From: an uncultured Clostridia bacterium
GTDB lineage: Bacteria > Bacillota_I > Bacilli_A > RF39 > UBA660
Length of the DNA: 64,000 nt
Reading direction: 5' to 3'
NCBI GenBank assembly: GCA_945871105.1
Contig: CAMBUO010000002.1
Location: forward strand, 19,662 to 83,661
The notes under the pieces are model-generated. The model ran no database searches and was not told the origin of the DNA. It was given only the letters and a program-made list of their open reading frames with translations. A program made the position numbers and the translations under genes. Shown here in pieces: positions 10,397-20,277 of the stretch; position 1 is the stretch's first letter; each line of letters begins with the position of its first letter.

Positions 10397-11923
10397 CTAT
10401 TTTTTTATTTTTTCATATTCTAATAAATAATTAATATTATCAAGATTTATTTTTTCAGAAATTGGATAATACATTAAAATAATCAGCGCATTTTGTAATA
10501 AATTATCCAAATTATTTTTTACATCATCTCTATTTAAATTAAGACCAAGTAAATTATATTTATCAATTATAATATAATCTAAATCCTTATCATCAAGAAA
10601 TCTTATATGATTTATCATGGTAAACCTTGTCTCTCTAATAAAACGAGTAAATTTCTCAATTTCTAAATTAATAGCATCTATTTCTAAAGATTCATCTTGA
10701 CTTTTAAACATTTTAAGTAAATAATTATAACTTTCCAGACATAAATTAAACATATCAAATAAAGTTGAATTTTCATCCAAATTAAGAAATTTTTCTAAGA
10801 ATAAATTATCTTCATATTCTAGATATAACTTCTCTAATTCTTCAGTTATTTCTAAAGAAGAAGTAACTAAAGTATTAATTTTCGTTTTATTAATTGTTTT
10901 TTTCTTTAACAAATAATTAATTTTACGATTAATTTTAAATAAATTATTTTGTTTTTTATTTAATTCTTTATATTTACTATTACTAATATTTTTATACTTA
11001 TCTTTATCTTGATATAATTTTTTCATATCATCAATTAAAAAATGATATTTTAAGTATCCCTGATATTCATTTAAAGATCTATATAATTTAAGAATAACAT
11101 CTCTTAAATAATTTATATCATCATCAGTTAAATCTTTATTTATAAATATTTTAAAAATTTTAATTATTTCTTCTTTGGTATAATTTTTAGAATTTATTTC
11201 TCCCGTTAAAAATTTATTTAATAAAACTTTTTCATCTTGAAGATAGAAATCAAAATATTTTTCGTTTAAATTAAAATAATGATTATATATTTCTTTTGGT
11301 GTTTGCTTATCTAAAAATTGATTTTTTAATTCATTATAATAATTTTGAAATTTTTTAATATTTTTATAATATAAATATTTAAAATTTAAACTTATTTGTT
11401 TAAATAAAGTTGGTGATTTAAAATAAATATCTTCAAAACAAAGTCTTAACTTTTCAGCATTACTATTTTCAAAAAATTGTTTCATATAAATAGAAACATA
11501 ATAAGTATAACAAAAATCGTTGGCAGTTAAAATAATTCCAATTTCTAAAAACTTATCAATTATTTTTTTTATAATTTTATTAACTTCATCAAGATCATTA
11601 TCAAAAAAAACTAATAATTGATAAAGTAATTGGGATAATCCACTTTTTTCATAAGGACTACTATCATCTAACAAATATAAATTATTATAAGCTTCTTCTT
11701 TTTCTTTTTGAATATTATCTAATTCTTTGTTTTCTTCATAACTTTGATATTTATTAAAACGTGAATCCATTTCTTTAATTATATCTTGTAGTGTAGTTTG
11801 ATAATCATTTTGTAATTCTAAAATTTTTTCTAAAACTTTTTTCGCATTTTTAACATTATTTCTTGGTAAATTAGTAATTAATTCTTTATTTACCTCAATA
11901 TCTTCTTGAATCTTATTTATCAT
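10397..11923 (-). CDS. Hypothetical cytoplasmic helical protein (508 aa)
   Basis: Long ORF with AGGTGA SD 5 nt upstream of the ATG at 11923. No TM helix or signal peptide. Lys/Glu/Asn/Tyr-rich helical composition. No recognisable motif. Confidence 0.6.
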   Translation of the reverse strand: MINKIQEDIEVNKELITNLPRNNVKNAKKVLEKILELQNDYQTTLQDIIKEMDSRFNKYQSYEENKELDNIQKEKEEAYNNLYLLDDSSPYEKSGLSQLLYQLLVFFDNDLDEVNKIIKKIIDKFLEIGIILTANDFCYTYYVSIYMKQFFENSNAEKLRLCFEDIYFKSPTLFKQISLNFKYLYYKNIKKFQNYYNELKNQFLDKQTPKEIYNHYFNLNEKYFDFYLQDEKVLLNKFLTGEINSKNYTKEEIIKIFKIFINKDLTDDDINYLRDVILKLYRSLNEYQGYLKYHFLIDDMKKLYQDKDKYKNISNSKYKELNKKQNNLFKINRKINYLLKKKTINKTKINTLVTSSLEITEELEKLYLEYEDNLFLEKFLNLDENSTLFDMFNLCLESYNYLLKMFKSQDESLEIDAINLEIEKFTRFIRETRFTMINHIRFLDDKDLDYIIIDKYNLLGLNLNRDDVKNNLDNLLQNALIILMYYPISEKINLDNINYLLEYEKIKK

Positions 11924-12041
11924 CTTCTTCACCTATTTTTTCTATATTTTTTTGTTCAGTTTCTAAATATTTCAAAAAATCATTAATTGTTTTATATAAA
12001 TCCAAGAGTTCTTGATTAGAAATATTATTTAAATCTTGCAT
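11913..12041 (-). CDS. Small (42 aa) acidic ORF, hypothetical
   Basis: Own translation: MQDLNNISNQELLDLYKTINDFLKYLETEQKNIEKIGEEDDK. AGAGGTG SD upstream. Its stop overlaps the next gene's start by 11 nt. Too short for the ORF track. Confidence 0.4.
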   Translation of the reverse strand: MQDLNNISNQELLDLYKTINDFLKYLETEQKNIEKIGEEDDK

Positions 12042-12059
12042 ACTCACACCTCTACTTTA

Positions 12060-12088
12060 ATTATAGATTATATTAAAAAAAAAGTCTA
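12060..12088 (-). promoter_or_regulatory. Putative sigma-A promoter for the 12041->7739 operon
   Basis: On the minus strand: TAGACT, 17-nt spacer, TATAAT. The spacer contains a T8 run that, together with the last T of the -35 hexamer, forms a continuous T9 tract (A9 on the plus strand, 12075-12083). About 15 nt upstream of the SD. Confidence 0.4.
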
Positions 12089-12210
12089 GTTATTAGAATT
12101 ACTATTTACGTTTTTTTAAGTTAATCATAATAACTATAAATGGTAAAGTAAAAATTTATAATTAATTTTAAACTATTTTTGAATTATAAAATTTAAACTT
12201 TAAATAATAA

Positions 12211-12235
12211 AATAGAGATTTTAATCATCTCTATT
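12211..12235 (-). terminator. Hairpin terminator overlapping the stop codon of the giant gene
   Basis: Stem AATAGAGAT / ATCTCTATT with a 7-nt loop, followed on the minus strand by a T-rich tract. Confidence 0.5.
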
Positions 12236-15200
12236 TTATAATTAAATATTGATAAACACTTCCTACATAAGTATCTTTATCATAAAGTAATATTTCTAGT
12301 TTATAAGTACCAGACTTTAAATTATCTTTTTGATATAAGAAATAGTTAACTTCCGATACAGGGTTTTTATCCAAATAATATTCATTTTCATTTATTTTTA
12401 CTAAATTATTACTAAAATAATTAGCTAAATCAACTTCTTCATAACTAGTTGAATAAATACTATCATATAATCGTCTATATAATTTTATTCTTAAATTTGG
12501 ATTTTCTAAACCTGATTCATATTTTACATTTAAATTTAAAGTAGAACTATCTAGTAAATTTTTACCAGTTGTTTTATCAATAAAGAAAGCTTTTTCATTA
12601 ATAGTCATTTTTAGACCATATAAAGTATCCATAACATGTAAATTTAAATTCAAGGTATCACTTGATTCTAGTCCATAATAGATACCATCTGGAGAACCAA
12701 ATGATTCGATTACAATTTTATAATTACCTCCAGCTAAATTACTATTTTTAGCATTTACTTTAATCTTGGTTGAAACATTTGCAACACGAGGGGCTATATT
12801 AATTCTTGTTGTTCCATCATAACGTGGATAATAAGTTATATCATTATAGGTATAAGAAATACCCATTAAACTAGAACCGGTTAATAAATTATTATTTTCA
12901 TCATAGATAGATATTTTTAAACCTAATTTTAAATCATAATAATTAGTATCATAAATAGTATTACTACCGATTGTTTGTTGAATAAAATTCGTGCTTAAAT
13001 TTAAATTTAAATCATTTCCATTATAAAATTCTAAAGTATCTATATCACTTGTTAAATCAATAACAGCATGTTTATCATAATACAAGTTATAAGTCATAGT
13101 TTCTTGTTGAATACCTAAAACAGAGATTAAAGTTTGATTACCTTGATTTCTTAATTCAAGTAATAGTCTTTTATCTGTTACATCTTCTTGAATATTACTT
13201 TCTTTAAAATCAACAATAAAGATAAATTCTTCTTCGGCTGTTTTAGCTTCTGCATCATAGTAGGAATTATTAGCCGAGGCATCATCATAGTTATTGGTAC
13301 TAGTAACACTTCCCATTTTAATAAATTTACTTAACTCATAGGATACTTCATTATGAATTTGATATTCTTGTAAAGATGCTTCATAATCAGTTTGATTTAC
13401 AACATAGTAATAGTATACTGGTAAACTTGGGTTAACATAGTCAATCATCGTAATTTTTGTGTTAACTGGCAAGACATAACTTGAAGTTAAAACGCGATGA
13501 TAACCTTCTTTATAAGGATTAGTATTTTTTTCCATATATAAAGAATAATAAGCACTAAAACTTGAATCATTTGTAATATTAACTGGAGATGAAGCGAACA
13601 TTTTATATTGTTTTCCAGGTGTCATAGAAGCTTCGTATTCATCAGTTGTATATAAAGCTCTGGAAATTTCAACATTAAAGTTAATTCTTTCAACTTCATT
13701 AGTTAATTCATCAATTGGCGTAATTGCTACTAAAGAAATAGTAACACTTCCCATTTGACCTGCGGATTGTAAATTCTTAGAGTGATATAAATAGAAAACA
13801 AAACTTCGAATAGCATTAGTATTTTCACTTTCATAAGTAGTTGTACCTAAAATAGGATTAGTTTCATTTGATGCAAATTCGGTTTCGCCAACCGTAATCC
13901 AACCAGTTGGTCCAGTTTTAATAGCAAGGCCCATAACATTGTCGGCATCACTTGGATTTTCAGCAATTCTTGGTATATCACTTGAAGGAACTAAACTAAC
14001 ACCATCAGCTAAATTAGCATAGTTAAAACCTAAAATTGAAAATTTGGTATTAGCATTTGAAAAGTTTAAGAAACTGAATTCTTCAATACCTAAAGTAGAA
14101 TATTTTGAGGCAGTTAAATGAACATCATAGGAAATAACTTGCTCACCAATAACCCACATATAAAAGTCAGAATCAGCTGGAGTCGGTTCGATATATTTAA
14201 CATCTAATAAACTAGTATTTTCTTCGTTGGCAAAGTTAGAATAGAACCCATCAACTTCAATATTATGATTAGTCATGTGGGATCCTAAAACATAACTCCC
14301 TGAGGTAAAGTAATATAAATCCCCACTGGCTGGAGTATCTCCGTAGTCATATTTAGCATCATATAAAGCTGTAATAGGATTTTTATTTTGATCACGTAAA
14401 TACATTCCAAAGAAAGTCATTCCGGAAACGTCACCATATAAAGTAACCGCTTGATTTCTAGCAATATTAAAGTTTTTGCCCTCTAGCATATATAAACGAT
14501 TATTAACATTCTTAGTAACTGTTTTTGTTTCATCATTAATTTCTACACTGGCTTTAACTTCACTTCCATCTATATCAACTAAACTAGAGAATTTTTTAAC
14601 TAAGTTAGCACCTGTATCTAGATATAAACTCGAATTATTTTTTAATTTTAATTCATCAATTCGGCTTAAAGTAAATAAGACATCAGAAAATTCATTAGTT
14701 CTATCGGTTGCCCCACTTAAGATAATATGAGAATTACTAATTGAAAACATATCAGCTCTTTGCAAAGAAATATTTTTTTGAATATTAGTAGCTGTTCCAT
14801 AATTACTTATGTAAACATTACTATAACCTTGAGTCATCGAAGCATTTCCGGAACCAAAGATAGATCCCTTTATCGTAAATGTATTGTGATTTAAACCATC
14901 TATATTAATAGTTATTCCCTTGGTAACACTGATGAAACTAAAGTCGATTACTTCAGAACCTTCTTCGTTAGCTTCTCCTCCACCAAAGACTGTTCCACCA
15001 ATAGTAATATCACCTTTAATTAAGGTATTATCGGTAACAACATTAGAACCAATATTTAAAGTTGTAATTCCATATAAAACAGAAGTATTAGCACCACCAT
15101 AAACATTACCAGAAATATTAGCACCAGCAATATTTACTAAACTTTTAGAATTATTTACTTCACTTGTTCCGGTTGGAGCTGCATTTCCTCCACCAAAGAC

Positions 15201-18200
15201 ATGTTTTAAAACAGTCGTTGTTCCCTCAATATTTAAATTAGTATTTCCAACAACATTAGCTGTTGTTCCGTTTCCTCCAGCATAAACGCTTTTTTTAACC
15301 ATCGGATTAGTTAATTTTAAATTCGTATTTTGTAAAACTTTAGCGGCATTTCCACCACCATAAACACTATCTTCAATGGTAGCTTCTTTGATGATAACAT
15401 TGGTATTTTGATTAACAAAACCAAGATTACCCCCACCATAGATAGAATTTCCAACAGTAGTATTATTATCAACTAATAAGTTAGTATTACCAATTACTTT
15501 AGCGGGATTTTGTTCTCCATTTGTATCACCGGTAACAACTGATTCTAAACCATTACCTCCACCATAAATAGAACCTGAGATATTAGAACTTGAAACCGTA
15601 ACATTGGTACTACCATTAATACCAGCTGACCTTCCTCCACCATAAATATCTTCGGAAGTCGTATTAGTAATTTTTAAAGTAGTTACCACATCAGATGTAG
15701 AGTTACCAACTGAAGCTTTATTTCCTCCACCATAAATACTATTAGTAATAGAAGAATCAGAAACCGATAAATTTACTGTTCCATTAATAGCTCCTAAATT
15801 ACCACCGGCATATAAGTTTCCTTTGATTGTGGTATTATTTAAAACTTTAGCAGTTACAGTATCTAAGATAGCTGCTTTATTACCACCACCATAAACACTA
15901 CCTTCCGTTTCATCATTACCAACCGTTACTTTATCTAAATTTAAATTAACCGTTGTAACACTAGCTTCATTACCACCACCGTAAATTGCTTCATTTACTA
16001 AAGCATTTTGAATATTAACATTAGTAGTTGTTGTAATTGCTTTATTACCTCCACCATAAATAACATCAATTAAACCACTAGTCATATTTAAATTAGTTGT
16101 TATGGTTGTTCCACCTTGATTATTTCCACCATACAAATTATAAACACGTAAATCGTCTTGTAAAGTTTTAAAATATTTATTACCCGATGCATCATAACCA
16201 ATAAAGACATAATTATAAATTTTATAATCTTCCAAAGGAACATAAGCATGAACATTAAAATTAAAGGAATAAGAAGAACCACTACTTAAAGGATTAGTTC
16301 CATAGTACTGATCAATTTCATCAATATGATAAATGCCATGACTTCCACTAACGTTAGCATCAGACCAGTTAGAATCAAATAAGCCATCACTCGTGTATAA
16401 ATATAAATCCCAAGTTGTTAAAGTTACGCCTGTTTTATTTAAAATACTAACATCGATTTGTTCACTGGAAGTAATACCGGTAGCTCCCGATTGATTTTGG
16501 TAAGACAGAGTATAACTAGTAGTAATTTCAATATCATTATTAGTTGTATTAGTTAAATTAGAAATTTGACTAGTAGTAACATCACCTAATATATTTGATC
16601 CACCAAAAACATTTTCAATTAAAGCATTTCCTAAACGAACATTAGTGGTATCAACACCAGCTTCACTTCCACCACCGTATAAATTGTTAATATAACCATA
16701 ATAAGCATTGATATTAGAAGTAGTCGTACTAGCCTTTAACCCTCCACCATATAGATTTGTTATATTTGATCCTTTAATATCAATATTGGATGTTGTAGTC
16801 GTTCCACCTTGATTATTTCCACCATAAACATTTAAAGCTCCCCCATTTGTGACAATAATATTGGAAACAGGAATTGTTCCATTTAAATTAGATCCGCCAA
16901 AAACATTCGTGGCATAAGAATTTAAGTTAACATTAGTATTAGTCGTAACACTAGTTTGTTCACCACCACCATAAACATTAGTAATGTTACCTCCATTAAT
17001 CGTTACATTGGTTACATCAGTAGTTCCCCCTTGATTGTTACCTCCATAAACATTAATAGATGTTCCTCCGGTTGTAATAACATTAGAAGTTGTAACTTCA
17101 CCTGTTAAATTAGAACCACCATAGATATTATCAGAAGAACCACCAATTAAATAAACATTGGTCGTATTAGCTGAGGTTTGATTTCCTCCACCAAAGGTAT
17201 TAGTGATAGTACCATTGTTAATATAAACTTCAATATTACCATTTGGCTTACCATTAGCATCATTTCCCCCATACACATTAGTGATAGTTCCTCCATTAAT
17301 TTGAACTTTAATATCTCCTTCCACATAAGGAACATAAGTATCATTTCCTTGGCCACCACCAAAAACATTGGTAATTAATCCTTTATTAACTATAACATTA
17401 GTATTACTTGATGATAAATTAGTGGTTTGAATAGTACCATTGACACTTCCATAAGCACTTCCACCATAAACAGTTTGATTAATAATTGGTACTTTATCAC
17501 TATCAGTTGATCCAATAGTTACTAAAATGTCATCACGAACAAAGGTACCAGGATTATTAGTATTCGAATAACCTCCTCTACCTCCTCCGTAAACCGAATT
17601 AGTTATTTCACCACCTATAACCGTGACATTTGTACTACCATAAATTGTTCCTTCTTCATTAGCACCACCATAAATAGAACCTAAAACATTTCCCCCATCC
17701 ATGTTAATTTCAATGGTAGATGTTTTCGATGCAGATCCTGATCCATTGTTGTTTCCACCACCATATACAGATCCTTCAACTAATCCATCATGAATAAATA
17801 TTTTAGAATAAGAAGTATTATTTTGGCTACTAACACCGGTAGCTCCAAAGTTTCCGCCACCATAAACATTTCTTTTAACAGTTGCTTTTTCATCAATAAT
17901 AATAATTGAATTATCAGCTGATCCGATGGTTGAATAACCTGATCTTCCATTACCAATTCCAAAGACGCTTCCAGCTTCCGAACCATGAATCGTGTTATTA
18001 TTTTCTACATAACTGGCGTTACCAATCGTAGCTGTTCCGCCTATATAAACATAAGGAGTTCCATTTAAAGTACCATCACCTTCACTACCATCAGCACCAT
18101 TTGATCCTCCAAAAACACTATAATTGACTGTACCACCTGTCACTTGAATAATACGATTTCCGTAAGTAGCAGTTGTTCCAGCTCCACCAATAATAGCATC

Positions 18201-20234
18201 AACGTCACCACCGGTCATATAAATATAAGTATCGTTTACCCCTGATCTTCCCGAAGATGTTAAAGGTCCCCCATTAATATTATATATATGTCCACCTTCA
18301 ACTTTAATTTGTCTAGCTGCATAATGCGTACCATCATAACGTCCTCCAACATAAATCCCCGTTGATAAATCATGTTCGCTACTTCCAAACGTTCCACTTT
18401 TAACTATTAAATCTAAAGCTATTTCATTAGTTGTTGTTGTATTAGTAGTAGCATAAATATTTCCACTCCAACTTCCTGAAGCACAATAATAAACATCTAA
18501 AAGATTATTATTACCACTTACCCTATCATAATCTGATCCATAAACACTTTTATTTTTTATATATAGCCTTGGTGTACTTTCTTGTGTTGCAATATTTGTT
18601 AAAGAAATCGAATTATATATACCACTTTCAACTTGAAAACGATAATAAGTTGGACTACCATTAGAACCTGTTGTTGTATTATAACCAGCTATTAAAGCCC
18701 GAAAATTAGGGTAATTCCCATTTTGGGTTATTCCTCTTCCAATTTTAACATTGTTATAACGTCCCAGTAAAACACCACCAGCTGTAGCAGATGTAGGCGT
18801 ATAAATATCATATATCATTCGATTATAATAAATCTCTAAATTTTCAATCGTAGTATCATTATAACAATTAATAGCACTGGAAACCCTCCATCTAGCATTG
18901 TAATCTGTACCATTATTAATACCCGTTAAAGTAAATGGTTTATTTTGACCACTTGCCCAACCACCTGTAACATTACCATTTAAAACAATAATATTCGTAT
19001 CTCTTGTAACTAAATAATAATAATCATTATCTACAGAAAACAAATTAGGTTGATTATTTTCATCATAATATTGTAATAATTCATAATAAGTACAAGAATT
19101 ACTACCACAAGTACCACTTAGTAAAGAACCATTCGAACTATAATAACCATTTATATCATCACCCCTAGTAAAATCTTTCGTTTTATAAAAACCAGCCATA
19201 TTACTAGTATCATATAATTCATCAACCGTATAATCAATAATTGGTATCTCAATCGTTGAATTATCTACTCGTTGCATATAACCATTTTTTAATTCATAAT
19301 ATGTTTCTGTATCTGAAAAATTTTCTTCCTCAATTAAATCATAATAAGTACATCCTCGAAAAGAAGTACATGTACAATTATTTTGATAAACACCATTTTG
19401 ATTATAATACCCACTACATGGTTGATACCAACCGATACTAACTGAATGAAAATAACCAGCCATATCAACTGTTCCATATACAAATTCAACCGCTTCTATT
19501 TTTTTCATACCTGCTTGATCTAAAGGAGAAAAAGCATTAGCCCAACTAGTATTATTATTCATATAAGAAGTATTAGCATAAACATAACTACTATAAAAAG
19601 TAATATCAATTTTATTAGGCTTTGTTCCATCATAAGTTACGGGAACTTTCGCATAACGCAAATGATATTTATTATCATAACTAATTGTAACTCCTTCATA
19701 AGAAGTTATCCAATTATTAAATGCTACATTATCATCCCTATTTATAAAAGGACTATCAATTAATTCAATATCAATGTAATCATCACTTGGATCACTGGTT
19801 CCATTATCATTAACTGGATAAGCTTTAAAATAAATATACTCATCTTGATTCTCCGTTAAAGAAACTGTACTATTACGATTATTTAATTCATTTTTACCTA
19901 AATAAGTTATTTTAACTTGAACTAAATTAGAATCATTATAAATATTTTTATTAATTGTTGTTGGTAAAGTACCATCATTATCGGTATAATTAAGTCCTTT
20001 ATAATAATATAAATCATTCTCTAAATCATTTACTAAAACAATGTTATTATAAATACCACTAGCTTTATAATTAGTATCCGTTGTAAAATCAATAACTAAG
20101 TCACTATAAGTTAAAATATATGATACAACACTAAATCCTAATAAAATCACGATGAAAAAAATTAATAAAATACGTAATTTTAAAGACAAATTTAAATTAA
20201 TAAATTTATTAAATATTTTTTTTATTTTTTTCAT
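12231..20234 (-). CDS. Giant (~2,667 aa) surface protein: N-terminal signal anchor, Cys-containing head, dozens of (Y/F)GG(G/S)N beta-helix repeats, ~1,000-aa beta-rich C-terminal region
   Basis: Uninterrupted 8-kb ORF with start refined to MKKIKK (20234). It has a hydrophobic N-terminal anchor. VYGGGN, VFGGSN and IYGGNNQGGTT recur every ~20-25 aa, like polymorphic-membrane-protein or parallel beta-helix repeats. No LPXTG. Confidence 0.75.
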   Translation of the reverse strand: MKKIKKIFNKFINLNLSLKLRILLIFFIVILLGFSVVSYILTYSDLVIDFTTDTNYKASGIYNNIVLVNDLENDLYYYKGLNYTDNDGTLPTTINKNIYNDSNLVQVKITYLGKNELNNRNSTVSLTENQDEYIYFKAYPVNDNGTSDPSDDYIDIELIDSPFINRDDNVAFNNWITSYEGVTISYDNKYHLRYAKVPVTYDGTKPNKIDITFYSSYVYANTSYMNNNTSWANAFSPLDQAGMKKIEAVEFVYGTVDMAGYFHSVSIGWYQPCSGYYNQNGVYQNNCTCTSFRGCTYYDLIEEENFSDTETYYELKNGYMQRVDNSTIEIPIIDYTVDELYDTSNMAGFYKTKDFTRGDDINGYYSSNGSLLSGTCGSNSCTYYELLQYYDENNQPNLFSVDNDYYYLVTRDTNIIVLNGNVTGGWASGQNKPFTLTGINNGTDYNARWRVSSAINCYNDTTIENLEIYYNRMIYDIYTPTSATAGGVLLGRYNNVKIGRGITQNGNYPNFRALIAGYNTTTGSNGSPTYYRFQVESGIYNSISLTNIATQESTPRLYIKNKSVYGSDYDRVSGNNNLLDVYYCASGSWSGNIYATTNTTTTNEIALDLIVKSGTFGSSEHDLSTGIYVGGRYDGTHYAARQIKVEGGHIYNINGGPLTSSGRSGVNDTYIYMTGGDVDAIIGGAGTTATYGNRIIQVTGGTVNYSVFGGSNGADGSEGDGTLNGTPYVYIGGTATIGNASYVENNNTIHGSEAGSVFGIGNGRSGYSTIGSADNSIIIIDEKATVKRNVYGGGNFGATGVSSQNNTSYSKIFIHDGLVEGSVYGGGNNNGSGSASKTSTIEINMDGGNVLGSIYGGANEEGTIYGSTNVTVIGGEITNSVYGGGRGGYSNTNNPGTFVRDDILVTIGSTDSDKVPIINQTVYGGSAYGSVNGTIQTTNLSSSNTNVIVNKGLITNVFGGGQGNDTYVPYVEGDIKVQINGGTITNVYGGNDANGKPNGNIEVYINNGTITNTFGGGNQTSANTTNVYLIGGSSDNIYGGSNLTGEVTTSNVITTGGTSINVYGGNNQGGTTDVTNVTINGGNITNVYGGGEQTSVTTNTNVNLNSYATNVFGGSNLNGTIPVSNIIVTNGGALNVYGGNNQGGTTTTSNIDIKGSNITNLYGGGLKASTTTSNINAYYGYINNLYGGGSEAGVDTTNVRLGNALIENVFGGSNILGDVTTSQISNLTNTTNNDIEITTSYTLSYQNQSGATGITSSEQIDVSILNKTGVTLTTWDLYLYTSDGLFDSNWSDANVSGSHGIYHIDEIDQYYGTNPLSSGSSYSFNFNVHAYVPLEDYKIYNYVFIGYDASGNKYFKTLQDDLRVYNLYGGNNQGGTTITTNLNMTSGLIDVIYGGGNKAITTTTNVNIQNALVNEAIYGGGNEASVTTVNLNLDKVTVGNDETEGSVYGGGNKAAILDTVTAKVLNNTTIKGNLYAGGNLGAINGTVNLSVSDSSITNSIYGGGNKASVGNSTSDVVTTLKITNTTSEDIYGGGRSAGINGSTNVTVSSSNISGSIYGGGNGLESVVTGDTNGEQNPAKVIGNTNLLVDNNTTVGNSIYGGGNLGFVNQNTNVIIKEATIEDSVYGGGNAAKVLQNTNLKLTNPMVKKSVYAGGNGTTANVVGNTNLNIEGTTTVLKHVFGGGNAAPTGTSEVNNSKSLVNIAGANISGNVYGGANTSVLYGITTLNIGSNVVTDNTLIKGDITIGGTVFGGGEANEEGSEVIDFSFISVTKGITINIDGLNHNTFTIKGSIFGSGNASMTQGYSNVYISNYGTATNIQKNISLQRADMFSISNSHIILSGATDRTNEFSDVLFTLSRIDELKLKNNSSLYLDTGANLVKKFSSLVDIDGSEVKASVEINDETKTVTKNVNNRLYMLEGKNFNIARNQAVTLYGDVSGMTFFGMYLRDQNKNPITALYDAKYDYGDTPASGDLYYFTSGSYVLGSHMTNHNIEVDGFYSNFANEENTSLLDVKYIEPTPADSDFYMWVIGEQVISYDVHLTASKYSTLGIEEFSFLNFSNANTKFSILGFNYANLADGVSLVPSSDIPRIAENPSDADNVMGLAIKTGPTGWITVGETEFASNETNPILGTTTYESENTNAIRSFVFYLYHSKNLQSAGQMGSVTISLVAITPIDELTNEVERINFNVEISRALYTTDEYEASMTPGKQYKMFASSPVNITNDSSFSAYYSLYMEKNTNPYKEGYHRVLTSSYVLPVNTKITMIDYVNPSLPVYYYYVVNQTDYEASLQEYQIHNEVSYELSKFIKMGSVTSTNNYDDASANNSYYDAEAKTAEEEFIFIVDFKESNIQEDVTDKRLLLELRNQGNQTLISVLGIQQETMTYNLYYDKHAVIDLTSDIDTLEFYNGNDLNLNLSTNFIQQTIGSNTIYDTNYYDLKLGLKISIYDENNNLLTGSSLMGISYTYNDITYYPRYDGTTRINIAPRVANVSTKIKVNAKNSNLAGGNYKIVIESFGSPDGIYYGLESSDTLNLNLHVMDTLYGLKMTINEKAFFIDKTTGKNLLDSSTLNLNVKYESGLENPNLRIKLYRRLYDSIYSTSYEEVDLANYFSNNLVKINENEYYLDKNPVSEVNYFLYQKDNLKSGTYKLEILLYDKDTYVGSVYQYLIIK
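15150..17910 (-). repeat. Degenerate tandem coding repeats (~60-75 nt period) encoding the xxVYGGGNxxxxxxTNVxIxGGxIxN units
   Basis: The plus-strand motif CCACCACCATAAAC / CCTCCACCATA recurs many times. The repeats are divergent, not identical. Confidence 0.6.
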
Positions 20235-20277
20235 TATTACTACCAACTTTCTTTCTAATTTTAATACTTTCTTTATA

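Noticed and set aside
15150-17910. Periodic DNA repeats that could be mistaken for a CRISPR array or satellite.
   Set aside because: The repeats are degenerate and in-frame, and they encode the YGGGN units of one continuous ORF. There are no identical direct repeats separated by unique spacers anywhere in the window.
14476-19441. Track ORFs inside or antisense to the giant gene: 14476-14730(+), 14920-15102(+), 16100-16282(-), 17147-17368(-), 17178-17378(+), 17780-17986(-), 19241-19441(+).
   Set aside because: All lie within the uninterrupted 8-kb ORF, in other frames or on the other strand. They have low-complexity translations and no SD, which is typical of shadow ORFs in repeat-rich AT-rich coding DNA.
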